Source: Actinomycetota bacterium (GTDB lineage Bacteria; Actinomycetota; Thermoleophilia; Solirubrobacterales; JACPNS01). From it: a DNA stretch of 64,000 nucleotides. A program made the position numbers and the translations under genes. Positions 35,121 to 44,745 of the stretch are shown piece after piece. Below the pieces are notes generated by a model. It had not been told where the DNA came from and did not search any database. It saw only the letters and a list, made by a program, of their open reading frames with translations. The stretch covers positions 9,457 through 73,456 of the forward strand of contig JACQZY010000028.1 in NCBI GenBank assembly GCA_016213645.1, written 5' to 3'. Position 1 is the first letter of the stretch. Each line of letters starts with the position of its first letter.

Positions 35121-35489
35121 TCAGTCGGCGGTCTTGAAACGGATCGCTTGGCGGCGATCGTCGATCGAACATTCTTCGTCGGGCGCCAGTCCGTAGCGGG
35201 CCGCTACGGGGATCAGATCTTTGCGGCTGATGTGGCGCGGGTCCGGAGGCTTCCAGGTAACCAGCCAGATCACGCCGTCGTCCACGACCTGAGCGCGCAC
35301 TCGACCGAGAAACTCGTCGGCTTCGTCGATGCTCCGAACGAGCCGGACGATCATGTCCAGATCGCCCGAGCGCAACAGACTTCCGGCGATCAACGCCTTG
35401 GCCGCGCTTTTGAACTCCGCGCCGACGTCACCGGTCATACGCACGCGCATCCCGTGCCGTAGGCCAAGTTTTTCGATCGTCGCTCGCAC
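35121..35489 (-). CDS. DUF3052-like small protein
   Basis: 122 aa. The pattern KLGL..G..V......G...........D.IV.........L......DGVIWLVTWK matches what I recall of DUF3052. Confidence 0.6.
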   Translation of the reverse strand: MRATIEKLGLRHGMRVRMTGDVGAEFKSAAKALIAGSLLRSGDLDMIVRLVRSIDEADEFLGRVRAQVVDDGVIWLVTWKPPDPRHISRKDLIPVAARYGLAPDEECSIDDRRQAIRFKTAD

Positions 35490-35550
35490 TGTCGTGTTGA
35501 TACTAGGCGGCGCGGCGTGTTCCTACCCGCCGATGCGTATCCTCTCTGGC

Positions 35551-36411
35551 ATGACCGACCTGGGAGCGATACTTACCGCGATCATCACGCCGTTCGACGC
35601 GGACGGCCGCGTGAGCGAAGACGCGTTTGTGCGGATCCTTCATCACCTCGCCGAAAACGGCAGCGACGGGGCGGTCGTTGCCGGGACCACCGGCGAAGCG
35701 GCAACTCTTACCGACGAAGAACACCTCGCCCTGATCGGATTGGCCGTGCGCGAGGCGCCGGACGATTTCACGATCGTCGGAGGCACCGGTTCGAACGACA
35801 CTCGTCACGCGGTCCACCTGACCGAGCGTGCCACGGAACTCGGCGTGGACGCCACACTCTCGGTGACGCCCTATTACAACCGGCCAAACCGCCGCGGAAT
35901 CATCGCCCATTTCGGCGAGGTCGCGCGCGCAACCGACAAGCCGATCGTTCTCTACAACATTCCCGGCCGAACCGGCGTTGACATGCCCAATGATTTGCTC
36001 GCGGAGTTGGCGCAACTACCGAACGTGGAGGCCGTCAAGCAGGCTAATCCTGAGAATCTCGCGCTCGTTGACGGGCTGCAGCTTTATGCCGGCGACGATC
36101 CGTTGCTGCGCGACACGCTCGCGCTTGGCGGCGCGGGCGGCGTGACCGTGGCCAGTCATGTGGTCGGCCCGCAGATGAAGGCCATGTGCGAGCAGCCGGA
36201 CCGCCGCGATGCCATTCACGACGAACTTTCCGACGTCTTCGAGGCGCTGTCCGTGACCGTTAATCCGATCCCGGTCAAGACGGCTATGAACATGCTCGGA
36301 TTTGACGCCGGCGGATTTCGCCTGCCACTCGTCGAGGCTTCCGAGGATGAAGCGGCGGCGGTGCGCGGCATGCTTGAGCGTCACAACCTTTTGACGACGG
36401 CGGCGAGTTGA
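35551..36411 (+). CDS. dapA: 4-hydroxy-tetrahydrodipicolinate synthase
   Basis: ITPF, VAGTTGEAATL, TPYYNRP, YNIPGRTG and the Schiff-base Lys context VEAVKQA. Start ATG 35551 (or ATG 35533). The 35329 extension overlaps the divergent gene. Confidence 0.9.
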   Translation: MTDLGAILTAIITPFDADGRVSEDAFVRILHHLAENGSDGAVVAGTTGEAATLTDEEHLALIGLAVREAPDDFTIVGGTGSNDTRHAVHLTERATELGVDATLSVTPYYNRPNRRGIIAHFGEVARATDKPIVLYNIPGRTGVDMPNDLLAELAQLPNVEAVKQANPENLALVDGLQLYAGDDPLLRDTLALGGAGGVTVASHVVGPQMKAMCEQPDRRDAIHDELSDVFEALSVTVNPIPVKTAMNMLGFDAGGFRLPLVEASEDEAAAVRGMLERHNLLTTAAS

Positions 36412-38099
36412 GCGCTGCGGCCGCTGAAAAGCTGTCGGTTCTGCCGCTCGGCGGCCTGGGCGAGATCGGCAAGAACATGACCGTCGTCGAGTACGACGGC
36501 CGAATCGTGATCGTCGACACCGGTCTGATGTTCCCGACGGCCGAGATGCTCGGCATCGATCTCGTGCTGCCGGACTTCGACTACCTGCGCGACCGCGCGG
36601 ATGACGTTGACGCGATCGTGATCACGCACGGCCATGAGGACCACATCGGCGCGCTGCCCTACGTTGTGCGCGAGCTGTTTCCCGACGATCCGCCACCGGT
36701 TTACGGCGCGCCGCTGACTGCGGAGATGGCGCGCTCCAAGCTGGAGGAACACAAGCTCGACGTGGTTGAGGTTGTTGACGTCGAGACGGGCGAGGAATTC
36801 GCCGCCGGGCCGTTTGATCTTGAGTTGCTGCACGTTTCTCACTCGATCCCCGACGCCTGCGCGGTGATCGTCGGCACACCGCTCGGCAAGGTGCTGTTGA
36901 CCGGCGATTACAAATTCGACCAGACGCCGGTTGATGGCACACCTACGGACACCTCGCGCCTGGCGGAACTTGGCCAGGAGGGGTTGTTGCTGTTGTGCGG
37001 CGACTCCACCAACGCCGACCGCGCCGGAATCGCGCCCAGCGAGTCCTCCGTAGGGCCGCATCTTGAGGAAGCTTTTGAACGTTGCAGCGGGCGGATCCTT
37101 GTGACCAGCTTCGCCAGCAACATCCACCGCGTGCAGCAGGTCGTGGACGCCGCCGCGGCGACCGACCGCAAGGTCGCGCTGGTTGGCCGCTCGATGCGCC
37201 GCAACTTCGCGATCGGCCGCAAGCTCGGCCACATTTACGCCCCGGAGGGTATGACGATCAGCCCTAAGGAAATCGACGATTATCCGGACGACAAGGTCAC
37301 AGTGATTTGCACCGGCAGCCAGGGCGAGCCGCTCTCGGCGCTGCGCCGGATGGCGCATAACGATCATCCCCAGATTCAGCTTCATGGCGGCGACACTGTG
37401 ATGTTCTCCGCCTCGCCCGTGCCCGGCAACGAGCGTGCCGTCAACGAGACGATCGACCGTCTGTTCCACATCGGCGCCACCGTGATCACCGCTCAGGACG
37501 CGCCGATCCATGCTTCCGGACACGGCTACGCCGAAGAGCTGAAGCTGATGATCAATCTCACGAAGCCGCGCTACGTGATGCCGATCCACGGAGACTTCAA
37601 GCGGCTCCGGCTTCACGCCGAGCTGGCAGAGGCCGTCGGCATTGATCGCGACGACATATTTCAGATGGAGAACGGACTTCCACTCGAAATCGATGCGACA
37701 GGCGCCCGCTTGGGCGAACGAGTTAAGAGCGGCATGATCTTTGTGGACGGTCTGGAAGTCGGTGACGTGGAGGACGTCGCATTGCGCGACCGCCGCATGC
37801 TTTCCAACGACGGCGTATTTATCGTTGTTGCCACGGTCTCCGAGGTCGACGGCACGACGATCTCGGAGCCGGAGGTGATCTTCCGCGGCGTGCCGTTTAT
37901 GGACGAGGCGGACGAGATGATCGAAGACCTTCGCGACGTCGTGGAGCGAACGGTCTCGGCCGAGGCCGAGAAGTCTGTGAACGGCGGCGGTGTGGACGAG
38001 GCGGAACTTCGCCAAAAGCTGCACGACGACATCGCGCGCTTTGTTTATGAACGCACGAAGCGCCGGCCGATGGTGCTGCCGGTCGTCGTCGAGGTCTGA
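36408..38099 (+). CDS. rnj: ribonuclease J
   Basis: 563 aa. Metallo-beta-lactamase/beta-CASP fold with the ITHGHEDHIGALP motif. 4-nt overlap with dapA, the conserved dapA-rnj pairing. Confidence 0.95.
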   Translation: MSAAAAEKLSVLPLGGLGEIGKNMTVVEYDGRIVIVDTGLMFPTAEMLGIDLVLPDFDYLRDRADDVDAIVITHGHEDHIGALPYVVRELFPDDPPPVYGAPLTAEMARSKLEEHKLDVVEVVDVETGEEFAAGPFDLELLHVSHSIPDACAVIVGTPLGKVLLTGDYKFDQTPVDGTPTDTSRLAELGQEGLLLLCGDSTNADRAGIAPSESSVGPHLEEAFERCSGRILVTSFASNIHRVQQVVDAAAATDRKVALVGRSMRRNFAIGRKLGHIYAPEGMTISPKEIDDYPDDKVTVICTGSQGEPLSALRRMAHNDHPQIQLHGGDTVMFSASPVPGNERAVNETIDRLFHIGATVITAQDAPIHASGHGYAEELKLMINLTKPRYVMPIHGDFKRLRLHAELAEAVGIDRDDIFQMENGLPLEIDATGARLGERVKSGMIFVDGLEVGDVEDVALRDRRMLSNDGVFIVVATVSEVDGTTISEPEVIFRGVPFMDEADEMIEDLRDVVERTVSAEAEKSVNGGGVDEAELRQKLHDDIARFVYERTKRRPMVLPVVVEV

Positions 38100-38114
38100 A
38101 ACGCGGTTCGGCGC

Positions 38115-38918
38115 TCAGGCGGTGCCGGTGCGCCCGCCATCAACGGGGATGATCGTGCCGCTCAGGTAAGCGCCGGCGCGGGAAGATAGAAAGATCGCGG
38201 TGCCCGCGACATCGTCGGGACGTCCGATGCGGCCCAGCGGGATCGATTGTTCAACCTGCGCTCGCGCATTCGGATCGGCCAGCACAAACTCCATCATCTT
38301 CGATTCAAATGGACCCGGCGCGATTGCGTTGACGGTCACGCGCTCGCCGGCCAGGCGTTTTGCGAGGTGCTTGGTCAGCTGGTGCACGGCGGCCTTGCTG
38401 GCGCTGTAGGCATAGTTCTCCACGATCGGCGCGCTGATCCCGTCGATCGAACCGATGTTGATCACGCGGGCCGGATCGTCGTCGGAAGCGGCGGCGCGCA
38501 GCAGTGGCAGCAGCTTGGTCGTGAGGTAAAAGACGCCCTTGACGTTTGTGTCGAGCACCTTCTCAAAGCCCTGCTTGGGGTAGTCCTCGACCGGCGCTCC
38601 CCAGGTGGCACCGGCGTTGTTGACGAGTACGTGCACGCGATCGGTCCATGAGCCGACGGCGTCTGCCAGGGCGGTGGTGCCGGCGTCGATCGAAAGATCG
38701 GCCACGACGGCTTGGCAAGATCCGAATGCTGAAAGTTCTTCCTGCGCGGCTCGGAGTTGATCTTCCTTGCGAGCAGAGATCAGAACGTGCGCTCCGGCGT
38801 TGAGGAAACCGCGGGCGATCATCGCGCCGATGCCGCGCGACCCACCGGTGATGACGACGTTTTTATCCCGCACGTCGAAAAGTTGGTCGGCGGGGCTGTT
38901 TTCGGTCGTCGGTCGCAT
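38115..38918 (-). CDS. SDR family oxidoreductase
   Basis: TGGSRGIG cofactor motif and catalytic YSASK. Confidence 0.9.
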   Translation of the reverse strand: MRPTTENSPADQLFDVRDKNVVITGGSRGIGAMIARGFLNAGAHVLISARKEDQLRAAQEELSAFGSCQAVVADLSIDAGTTALADAVGSWTDRVHVLVNNAGATWGAPVEDYPKQGFEKVLDTNVKGVFYLTTKLLPLLRAAASDDDPARVINIGSIDGISAPIVENYAYSASKAAVHQLTKHLAKRLAGERVTVNAIAPGPFESKMMEFVLADPNARAQVEQSIPLGRIGRPDDVAGTAIFLSSRAGAYLSGTIIPVDGGRTGTA

Positions 38919-39035
38919 GCGATTCTCCCTGTTTATCGCGCGGCGCCCGGCGCGCCGGCGAGTGCGGCGATATTAGCCCCGGGGCGGGCAGGCATCGGGC
39001 GCAAAGCGTGGAAAACCGGCTTTGAATCGAAGCAG

Positions 39036-41537
39036 ATGGCGACCAAGGTCAAATCCAAAACCGCTGCCACTAAGCAGCGCGCGCCCGCGCGCAAGCCGCG
39101 AGCGGCGGCGAAACCGGCCGCAAAGTCCGGGAAGGCGAAGCCACGCACGCGCGGGGGGACCGCCGCGACCCGGCGCAACTCCACCCACACTTCTTTGACA
39201 AACCAGCAGCGACGCGACGCGATCGGGCTTGGCTTGCTTGCCTCGGCGGCGTTTTTCGGCTTCGTCTTCTATCTCGGCTGGCAGGGGGGCAGGCTCGGCG
39301 GCGCGATCGTGGACGGTCTCACTGCTCTGGCCGGGCGCGGCGCGTATTTGGTGCCGGTGGCCTTGGCGATCGCCGGAACGGTCGCGATCCTGCGCCCGAC
39401 GCTGCCCGCGCTCGCGTTCCGAAAGCCCGCCTTTTTTATGCTTGCCACCGGATTGTTGCTGGCCTTTTCCGCGGGCACCTTTGGCCTTGGCGCGGCGACG
39501 CCGGCGCATCACGAGATTTTTAACCCGGTCTATTACCGTGGCCACGGCGGCCTGACCGGAGAATCGGCCTTTTGGATCGTCACGAAGCTGTTTGGCATCG
39601 TCGGCGCGCACGTTGCCGCCATCGGCCTTGTGCTGACCGGTCTCGTGCAGTTGACCGGGGTGACGCTTGTTTCGATGGCCGGCGGTGCGCGCGCGTTGCT
39701 GCTGCGCCTGCGTGAAGGGCGGCCCAACGAACGGGCCGAAACGGCGGCCGGACGGTCGGCCCGAATCTCTCCGATGCCTGCGCCTCGCTCAGAAGACCTG
39801 CTGCCGCCTGAACCGCCTGGAGTGGAGCCGGTAGTGCGTGCCACGCACGTTGAGGCTCCGGCGCTTGACGATGATCCAGACGCGGGGGCCGCCGGGGAGC
39901 CGGAGGTCGAAGTAAGCCTTGTCGTCCCCGATGTTGAACCGGACCCGGTCATCGCCGAGTCCGACGCTTCGGACGCCGAGGAAGGAGCGGAGCTGAACGT
40001 CACAGAGTCGGACGGCGTTGCGTACCGCCTGCCCGACAGCAAGCTTCTCGAACGCTCGAAGGATCGCCCAAAGGGCGAGGACCACGCCGCGCAAGAGAAG
40101 GTCGCGCGGCAGCTGACCGAGGCATTGGGTCACTTTGGCGTGGAATCGAAGCTCGTCGGCACCGTTGCGGGACCACACGTCACTCGTTTCGAGCTTCGGC
40201 TGGCGCCCGGTACCAAGATGAACAAGGTCGCCCAGCTAAAGGACGATCTGGCATACGCGCTGGCCAGCACGGATATCCGCATCCTCGCACCGATTCCGGG
40301 CAAGCAGGCCGTGGGCGTAGAAGTGCCAAACGCGCTGCGGAGGATCGTGCGATTGGGAGACATCTTTCAGCCGCTGCCGCGTGACTGGTCTCCGGTCTCG
40401 GTGTGGCTGGGTAAGGACATCGCGGGAAAGGCGATCGGGACCGACATCGCGAAGATGCCACACATGCTGGTGGCGGGCACGACCGGCGCCGGAAAATCCG
40501 GATGCATCAACACGCTTCTGTGCTCGATTCTGCTGGGCGCCACACCCAACGACGTCAAGCTCGTACTTGTCGATCCCAAACAGGTCGAACTGAATCTGTA
40601 CGAAGGGATTCCGCACCTGCTGACCCCGGTAGTGACGAGTCCGCGAATGGCCGCAAACGTACTCAGCAACCTGATCCGCGAGATGGAACAGCGATACACG
40701 CTGATGAGCGCGTACCGGTGCCGCAACATCGTGGAGCTAAACGCGCGACGCTTAAAGGAAGGCGAGGCCAAACTTCCCTACATCCTCTGCGTGATCGACG
40801 AACTCGCGGATCTGATGATGGTGGCGCCCGGCGAGGTGGAGGACGCAATCATCAGGCTGGCGCAGAAGGCCCGTGCGATCGGCATACACCTGCTGCTGGC
40901 GACGCAGCGGCCGAGCGCGGACATCATCACCGGCATGATCAAGGCGAACGTGCCATCGCGCATCGCCTTCGCAGTCAGTTCGCAGACGGATTCGCGCGTG
41001 ATACTCGATCAGAACGGCGCGGAGTCGTTGCTGGGGCAGGGCGACATGTTGTTCAGCCCGATCGGCAGCTCAAGATTGCAGCGCATCCAGGGCGCATATG
41101 TCACCGAAGAAGAGATCATCGAACTGACCGACTTCTGGCGCGAACAGGGCGAGCCGGAGTTTCAGACCGAGCTGCTGGAGGCTTCGGAGGAAGAATCCGG
41201 CGACGATCGGGATGGCATGGACCCGGACCAGGACGACCTGCTGCCCGAGGCGATCCAGACCGTCGTGCAGATGGGCACGGCGTCCACCTCAATGCTTCAG
41301 CGGCGCCTGCGCGTGGGATACACGCGCGCGGGCCGCCTGATCGACATGATGGAGCGGCGCGGCGTGATCAGCGGATACGAAGGTTCCAAGGCCCGCCAGG
41401 TGCTCGTGAGCGAAGCCGAAGTGCCGCGCATCTTGGAGCTGCTTAAGGGCGGTGGCAATGAAGCAAACCAGCTCGCTCAGGCCACCGCCGAGCGCACGTT
41501 GGAGCAGCCGGCGCTGGATCACGAGACCGAGGAATAA
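39036..41537 (+). CDS. ftsK: DNA translocase FtsK
   Basis: Lys/Ala/Pro-rich N-terminus, 4 or so TM helices, a linker, Walker A GTTGAGKS, Walker B VIDELADL and a gamma winged-helix (MLQRRLRVGYTRAGRLIDMME). Start ATG 39036. The 38757 extension overlaps the SDR gene. Confidence 0.95.
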   Translation: MATKVKSKTAATKQRAPARKPRAAAKPAAKSGKAKPRTRGGTAATRRNSTHTSLTNQQRRDAIGLGLLASAAFFGFVFYLGWQGGRLGGAIVDGLTALAGRGAYLVPVALAIAGTVAILRPTLPALAFRKPAFFMLATGLLLAFSAGTFGLGAATPAHHEIFNPVYYRGHGGLTGESAFWIVTKLFGIVGAHVAAIGLVLTGLVQLTGVTLVSMAGGARALLLRLREGRPNERAETAAGRSARISPMPAPRSEDLLPPEPPGVEPVVRATHVEAPALDDDPDAGAAGEPEVEVSLVVPDVEPDPVIAESDASDAEEGAELNVTESDGVAYRLPDSKLLERSKDRPKGEDHAAQEKVARQLTEALGHFGVESKLVGTVAGPHVTRFELRLAPGTKMNKVAQLKDDLAYALASTDIRILAPIPGKQAVGVEVPNALRRIVRLGDIFQPLPRDWSPVSVWLGKDIAGKAIGTDIAKMPHMLVAGTTGAGKSGCINTLLCSILLGATPNDVKLVLVDPKQVELNLYEGIPHLLTPVVTSPRMAANVLSNLIREMEQRYTLMSAYRCRNIVELNARRLKEGEAKLPYILCVIDELADLMMVAPGEVEDAIIRLAQKARAIGIHLLLATQRPSADIITGMIKANVPSRIAFAVSSQTDSRVILDQNGAESLLGQGDMLFSPIGSSRLQRIQGAYVTEEEIIELTDFWREQGEPEFQTELLEASEEESGDDRDGMDPDQDDLLPEAIQTVVQMGTASTSMLQRRLRVGYTRAGRLIDMMERRGVISGYEGSKARQVLVSEAEVPRILELLKGGGNEANQLAQATAERTLEQPALDHETEE

Positions 41538-41583
41538 CGCATTCGAGCCCGAGTCTTTGGCCGGGTACGTTTTAATACCAAAT

Positions 41584-41985
41584 ATGACCGAGATCGGTGA
41601 CGCACTCCGCGAGCGTCGAATGGCGCTGAAGATAGACGTGCACGAGGTCGAGGAATCGACCAAGATTCGCGCGAAGTACCTGCGTGCGCTTGAGAACGAG
41701 GAGTACAACCTGCTCCCCGGTCAGGCATACGTGAAGAGCTTTCTGCGCACCTATGCGGATTACCTTGGGCTTGACAGTCGAGGCCTGATCGACCTGTACA
41801 AGCAGAGCGGCGATGGACGCGAGGAAGAGCACTCGCCGTTCGGCGTCCGCGTTGACCAGCGCGGATCATCCGCAGGAGCAGGCGCCAAGCGTCGCTGGAT
41901 CGCCCTCGCGATCGTCGTGCTTTGTGTCGTACTGGTGCTGTTCTTGATCGGCACCTTCGGAGGCGGAGGGGGCGGCGGTGCGTAA
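41584..41985 (+). CDS. helix-turn-helix (RodZ N-terminal-like) membrane protein
   Basis: MTEIGDALRERRMALKIDVHEVEESTKIRAKYLRALENEEYNLLPGQAYVKSFLRTYADYLGLD, then one TM helix and a poly-Gly end. Start ATG 41584. Confidence 0.7.
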   Translation: MTEIGDALRERRMALKIDVHEVEESTKIRAKYLRALENEEYNLLPGQAYVKSFLRTYADYLGLDSRGLIDLYKQSGDGREEEHSPFGVRVDQRGSSAGAGAKRRWIALAIVVLCVVLVLFLIGTFGGGGGGGA

Positions 41986-42003
41986 GCGGGCCGCGTTTCA
42001 CGC

Positions 42004-43278
42004 ATGAGCGGGGCCACCGCCGGCATCGTGATCACCGGCACGGAAGTCCTGACCGGTCGCATCGCCGACCGCAACGGACCGTGGCTCACCGAGCAGCTAC
42101 GCATTCAGGGTTTTGAGGTGCGTCACATAACGATCTGCCGCGACCGCGAAGAGGACGTTCTTACGCAGCTCGACTTCATGCACCGCGAAGGCATGGATCT
42201 GATCTGCACGACGGGCGGTCTGGGTCCGACCGCCGACGACATGACCACAGCCCTCGTGGCGAGATTCTGCGAACGCGAGATGTTCCTGGACGAGCCGTTG
42301 CTCGAGCGAATTCGCGCGATCGTGCGCCCATATGCAGAGCGATTTGGCTGGGAGTTGTCCGCGATCGACGAAGGCGCGGTCAAGCAGGCACACGTGCCGC
42401 GCGAGGCTGCCGTGCTGGGTCCGGCGGGCACCGCGCCCGGTCTGGTCGTTACGCCGGCCGAAGGGCTGAACAAGCCGACGGTGGTCGTTCTGCCGGGGCC
42501 GCCCGGCGAATTGCATTCGATATGGACGGAGGCCATTGAGACTCCGGAGTTCAGGCGCGTGGCCGCGACCGGGAGCGTGCCGGAGGAGCAGATGCTGCGC
42601 ATGATCGGAGTGCCGGAGCCCGACATCGCGCGCACTTTGCGCGAATTCGACGCCGACCAAGGTCTCGGCGAATTGGAGGTAACAACTTGCCTGCGCGGCG
42701 GCGAAATGGAGATCTTGATCAGTCATCAGCCGGCCGAACGCGCGCGCAGAGAGGCGCTGGTTCGCGCGTTCGAGGAGTCCTACGGAGGGGCGATCTTTTC
42801 ACGCGACGGTGAGACCGTCGATCAGCAGGTCGTACGGCTGCTGGCCGGCCGAGGGCTGGCGCTTGCCGAGTCCTGCACCGGTGGATTGCTGGCGAAACGA
42901 CTGACCGACGCGGACGGCGCCTCGGCGTTCTTTCTTGGGGCGGCGGTTGTGTATTCGAACCATGCCAAGGAACGGCTGCTGGGCGTTTCGCACGATCTGA
43001 TTGAGGAGCACGGAGCGGTCTCCGCCGAGGTCGCGGCCGAGATGGCTGAAGGCGCGTTGGAGCGCTTCGGAGCCGATTTCGCGGTGTCGACCACCGGTAT
43101 CGCGGGGCCCGCGGGCGGCAGCGAAGAAAAACCCGTTGGCACGCTCTTCGTACACGTTGCCGCGCGCGAAGGGCAATCGAATTCTCTACACATCGTTTTG
43201 CCCGGTAGACGCGAAGACGTCCGGCAACGGGCGGCCATGGTGGCGCTTCATCTGCTGCGGACGCTGCTGTTGGACTGA
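42004..43278 (+). CDS. cinA: competence/damage-inducible protein CinA (MoCF-like domain + nicotinamide-nucleotide amidase domain)
   Basis: N-terminus GTEVLTGRIADRNGPWL and C-terminus AESCTGGLLA..STTGIAGPAGG. Upstream of recA, as in many Gram-positive bacteria. Confidence 0.9.
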   Translation: MSGATAGIVITGTEVLTGRIADRNGPWLTEQLRIQGFEVRHITICRDREEDVLTQLDFMHREGMDLICTTGGLGPTADDMTTALVARFCEREMFLDEPLLERIRAIVRPYAERFGWELSAIDEGAVKQAHVPREAAVLGPAGTAPGLVVTPAEGLNKPTVVVLPGPPGELHSIWTEAIETPEFRRVAATGSVPEEQMLRMIGVPEPDIARTLREFDADQGLGELEVTTCLRGGEMEILISHQPAERARREALVRAFEESYGGAIFSRDGETVDQQVVRLLAGRGLALAESCTGGLLAKRLTDADGASAFFLGAAVVYSNHAKERLLGVSHDLIEEHGAVSAEVAAEMAEGALERFGADFAVSTTGIAGPAGGSEEKPVGTLFVHVAAREGQSNSLHIVLPGRREDVRQRAAMVALHLLRTLLLD

Positions 43279-43302
43279 CCGGCGCGACGCGATGCCATCC
43301 CG

Positions 43303-43320
43303 CACGAACCTATGTTCGTG
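43303..43320 (+). promoter_or_regulatory. LexA (SOS) box candidate upstream of recA
   Basis: Perfect palindrome caCGAACctatGTTCGtg, matching the Gram-positive/actinobacterial CGAAC-N4-GTTCG SOS box. It lies 245 nt upstream of the recA start. Confidence 0.7.
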
Positions 43321-43564
43321 TTTTTCCGTCCGACGCGATTGGCAGTATCTGGCATATCGAAATCCGGACGCCCTGACGGCGCCTTGCTGCGGCTCCCAGG
43401 GGTGGCGATATTCGCCGAATTGACTGAATTGTTCCGGTTTCGTCGCGAAGTTTTTACAAATCACAGGTCAAATGTCACAGGCGCTCCGGTTGAATGGTTC
43501 GGGCCGGCGTTTTCAGCGCGGAGAGATCAAACAAACCGGAATTGAAGTGAGTTAGGAGACTGAC

Positions 43565-44689
43565 GTGGAGAAGACAGACCTCAACGAAAAGCAGAAGTCC
43601 GCCGCGCTAGACGGCGCCTTGACGCAGATCGAACGGCAGTTCGGCAAGGGAACGATCATGCGCATGGGCGACGACGACGCCCGCCAGAAGATGGGCGCGA
43701 TTCCCACCGGCGTGCTGCCGCTGGACCTAGCCCTCGGCATCGGCGGCGTGCCACAGGGCCGCATCGTCGAGATCTACGGTCCTGAGTCCTCCGGAAAGAC
43801 CACGCTGGTCTACGAGATCATCGCCCAGGCTCAGAAGATGGGTGGTACCTGCGCCTTCATCGACGCCGAGCACGCGATGGACCCCGAGTACGCGGCGCGG
43901 ATCGGCGTGAACATCGACGACCTGCTGGTTTCCCAGCCCGATTACGGTGAGCAGGCGCTGGAGGTTGCGGACATGCTCGTGCGCTCGGGCGCGATGTCGG
44001 TGGTCGCGATCGACTCGGTCGCCGCGCTTACGCCGAAGACGGAGCTGGAGGGCGCGATGGGCGACCAGACCGTCGGCCTGCAGGCGCGCATGATGAGCCA
44101 GGCGATGCGCAAGATCGCCGGAAATCTAAACCGCACCAACACCACCTGCGTGTTTATCAACCAGATCCGCGAGAAGGTCGGCGTGATGTTCGGATCGCCG
44201 GAGACCCAGCCAGGTGGCCGTGCGCTGAAGTTCTTCAGCTCGCAGCGGCTCGACATCCGTCGCATCGAGTCGATCAAGGAGGGCACCGAGGTGGTCGGAA
44301 ACCGCGTGCGCGTGAAGGTCGTCAAGAACAAGTGCGCGCCGCCGTTCCGCCAGGCCGAGTTCGACATCGAGTTCGGCCAGGGCATCAGCAGCGAAGGCGC
44401 GCTGATCGACCTCGGCATCGAACACGGCGTGCTAACCAAGTCCGGCTCGTTCTTCTCCTACGGCGACGAAAAGCTCGGCCAGGGCCGCAACAACGTAAAG
44501 CAGTTCTTCAAAGACAACCGCGACATCATGCTCGAAGTCGAAGACAAGGTGTACGCCGCCCTCGGCATTGGCCGCAACGGAGTGGCGGTGCCGGAAACTG
44601 CCGACGAGGCTGACGTCGCGGCGACCGAGGCCGACGTGGAGCCGGCCGTCAAGGCAAGCAAGCCGGTCGCGGTGCCGGACGCGGCGTAG
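43565..44689 (+). CDS. recA: recombinase RecA
   Basis: GPESSGKTT Walker A, FIDAEHA and VVIDSVAAL-like [12 protein letters not shown] start. No intein. About 25 extra acidic C-terminal residues. Confidence 0.97.
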   Translation: MEKTDLNEKQKSAALDGALTQIERQFGKGTIMRMGDDDARQKMGAIPTGVLPLDLALGIGGVPQGRIVEIYGPESSGKTTLVYEIIAQAQKMGGTCAFIDAEHAMDPEYAARIGVNIDDLLVSQPDYGEQALEVADMLVRSGAMSVVAIDSVAALTPKTELEGAMGDQTVGLQARMMSQAMRKIAGNLNRTNTTCVFINQIREKVGVMFGSPETQPGGRALKFFSSQRLDIRRIESIKEGTEVVGNRVRVKVVKNKCAPPFRQAEFDIEFGQGISSEGALIDLGIEHGVLTKSGSFFSYGDEKLGQGRNNVKQFFKDNRDIMLEVEDKVYAALGIGRNGVAVPETADEADVAATEADVEPAVKASKPVAVPDAA

Positions 44690-44706
44690 GCGGCGTATCG
44701 GATGGG

Positions 44707-44729
44707 GCCGACCGCTGACGGCGGTCGGC
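44707..44729 (+). terminator. GC hairpin after recA (terminator-like, no U tract)
   Basis: 9-bp perfect stem gccgaccgc / gcggtcggc with a 5-nt loop, 18 nt after the recA stop. Confidence 0.4.
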
Positions 44730-44745
44730 AACTACCCTGAACGGC

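Noticed and set aside
36381-38024. 547-aa minus-strand ORF
   Set aside because: It is antisense to rnj (the HGHEDH motif is on the plus strand). This is a high-GC artefact.
43312-43545. 77-aa ORF in the recA leader starting inside the SOS box
   Set aside because: It has no Shine-Dalgarno and its third-position GC looks low relative to real genes here. The product is nondescript. It is more likely untranslated leader.
43565-44689. Possible intein in recA, as in some mycobacteria
   Set aside because: The protein is 374 aa and colinear with standard RecA throughout. No insertion interrupts the P-loop or core.
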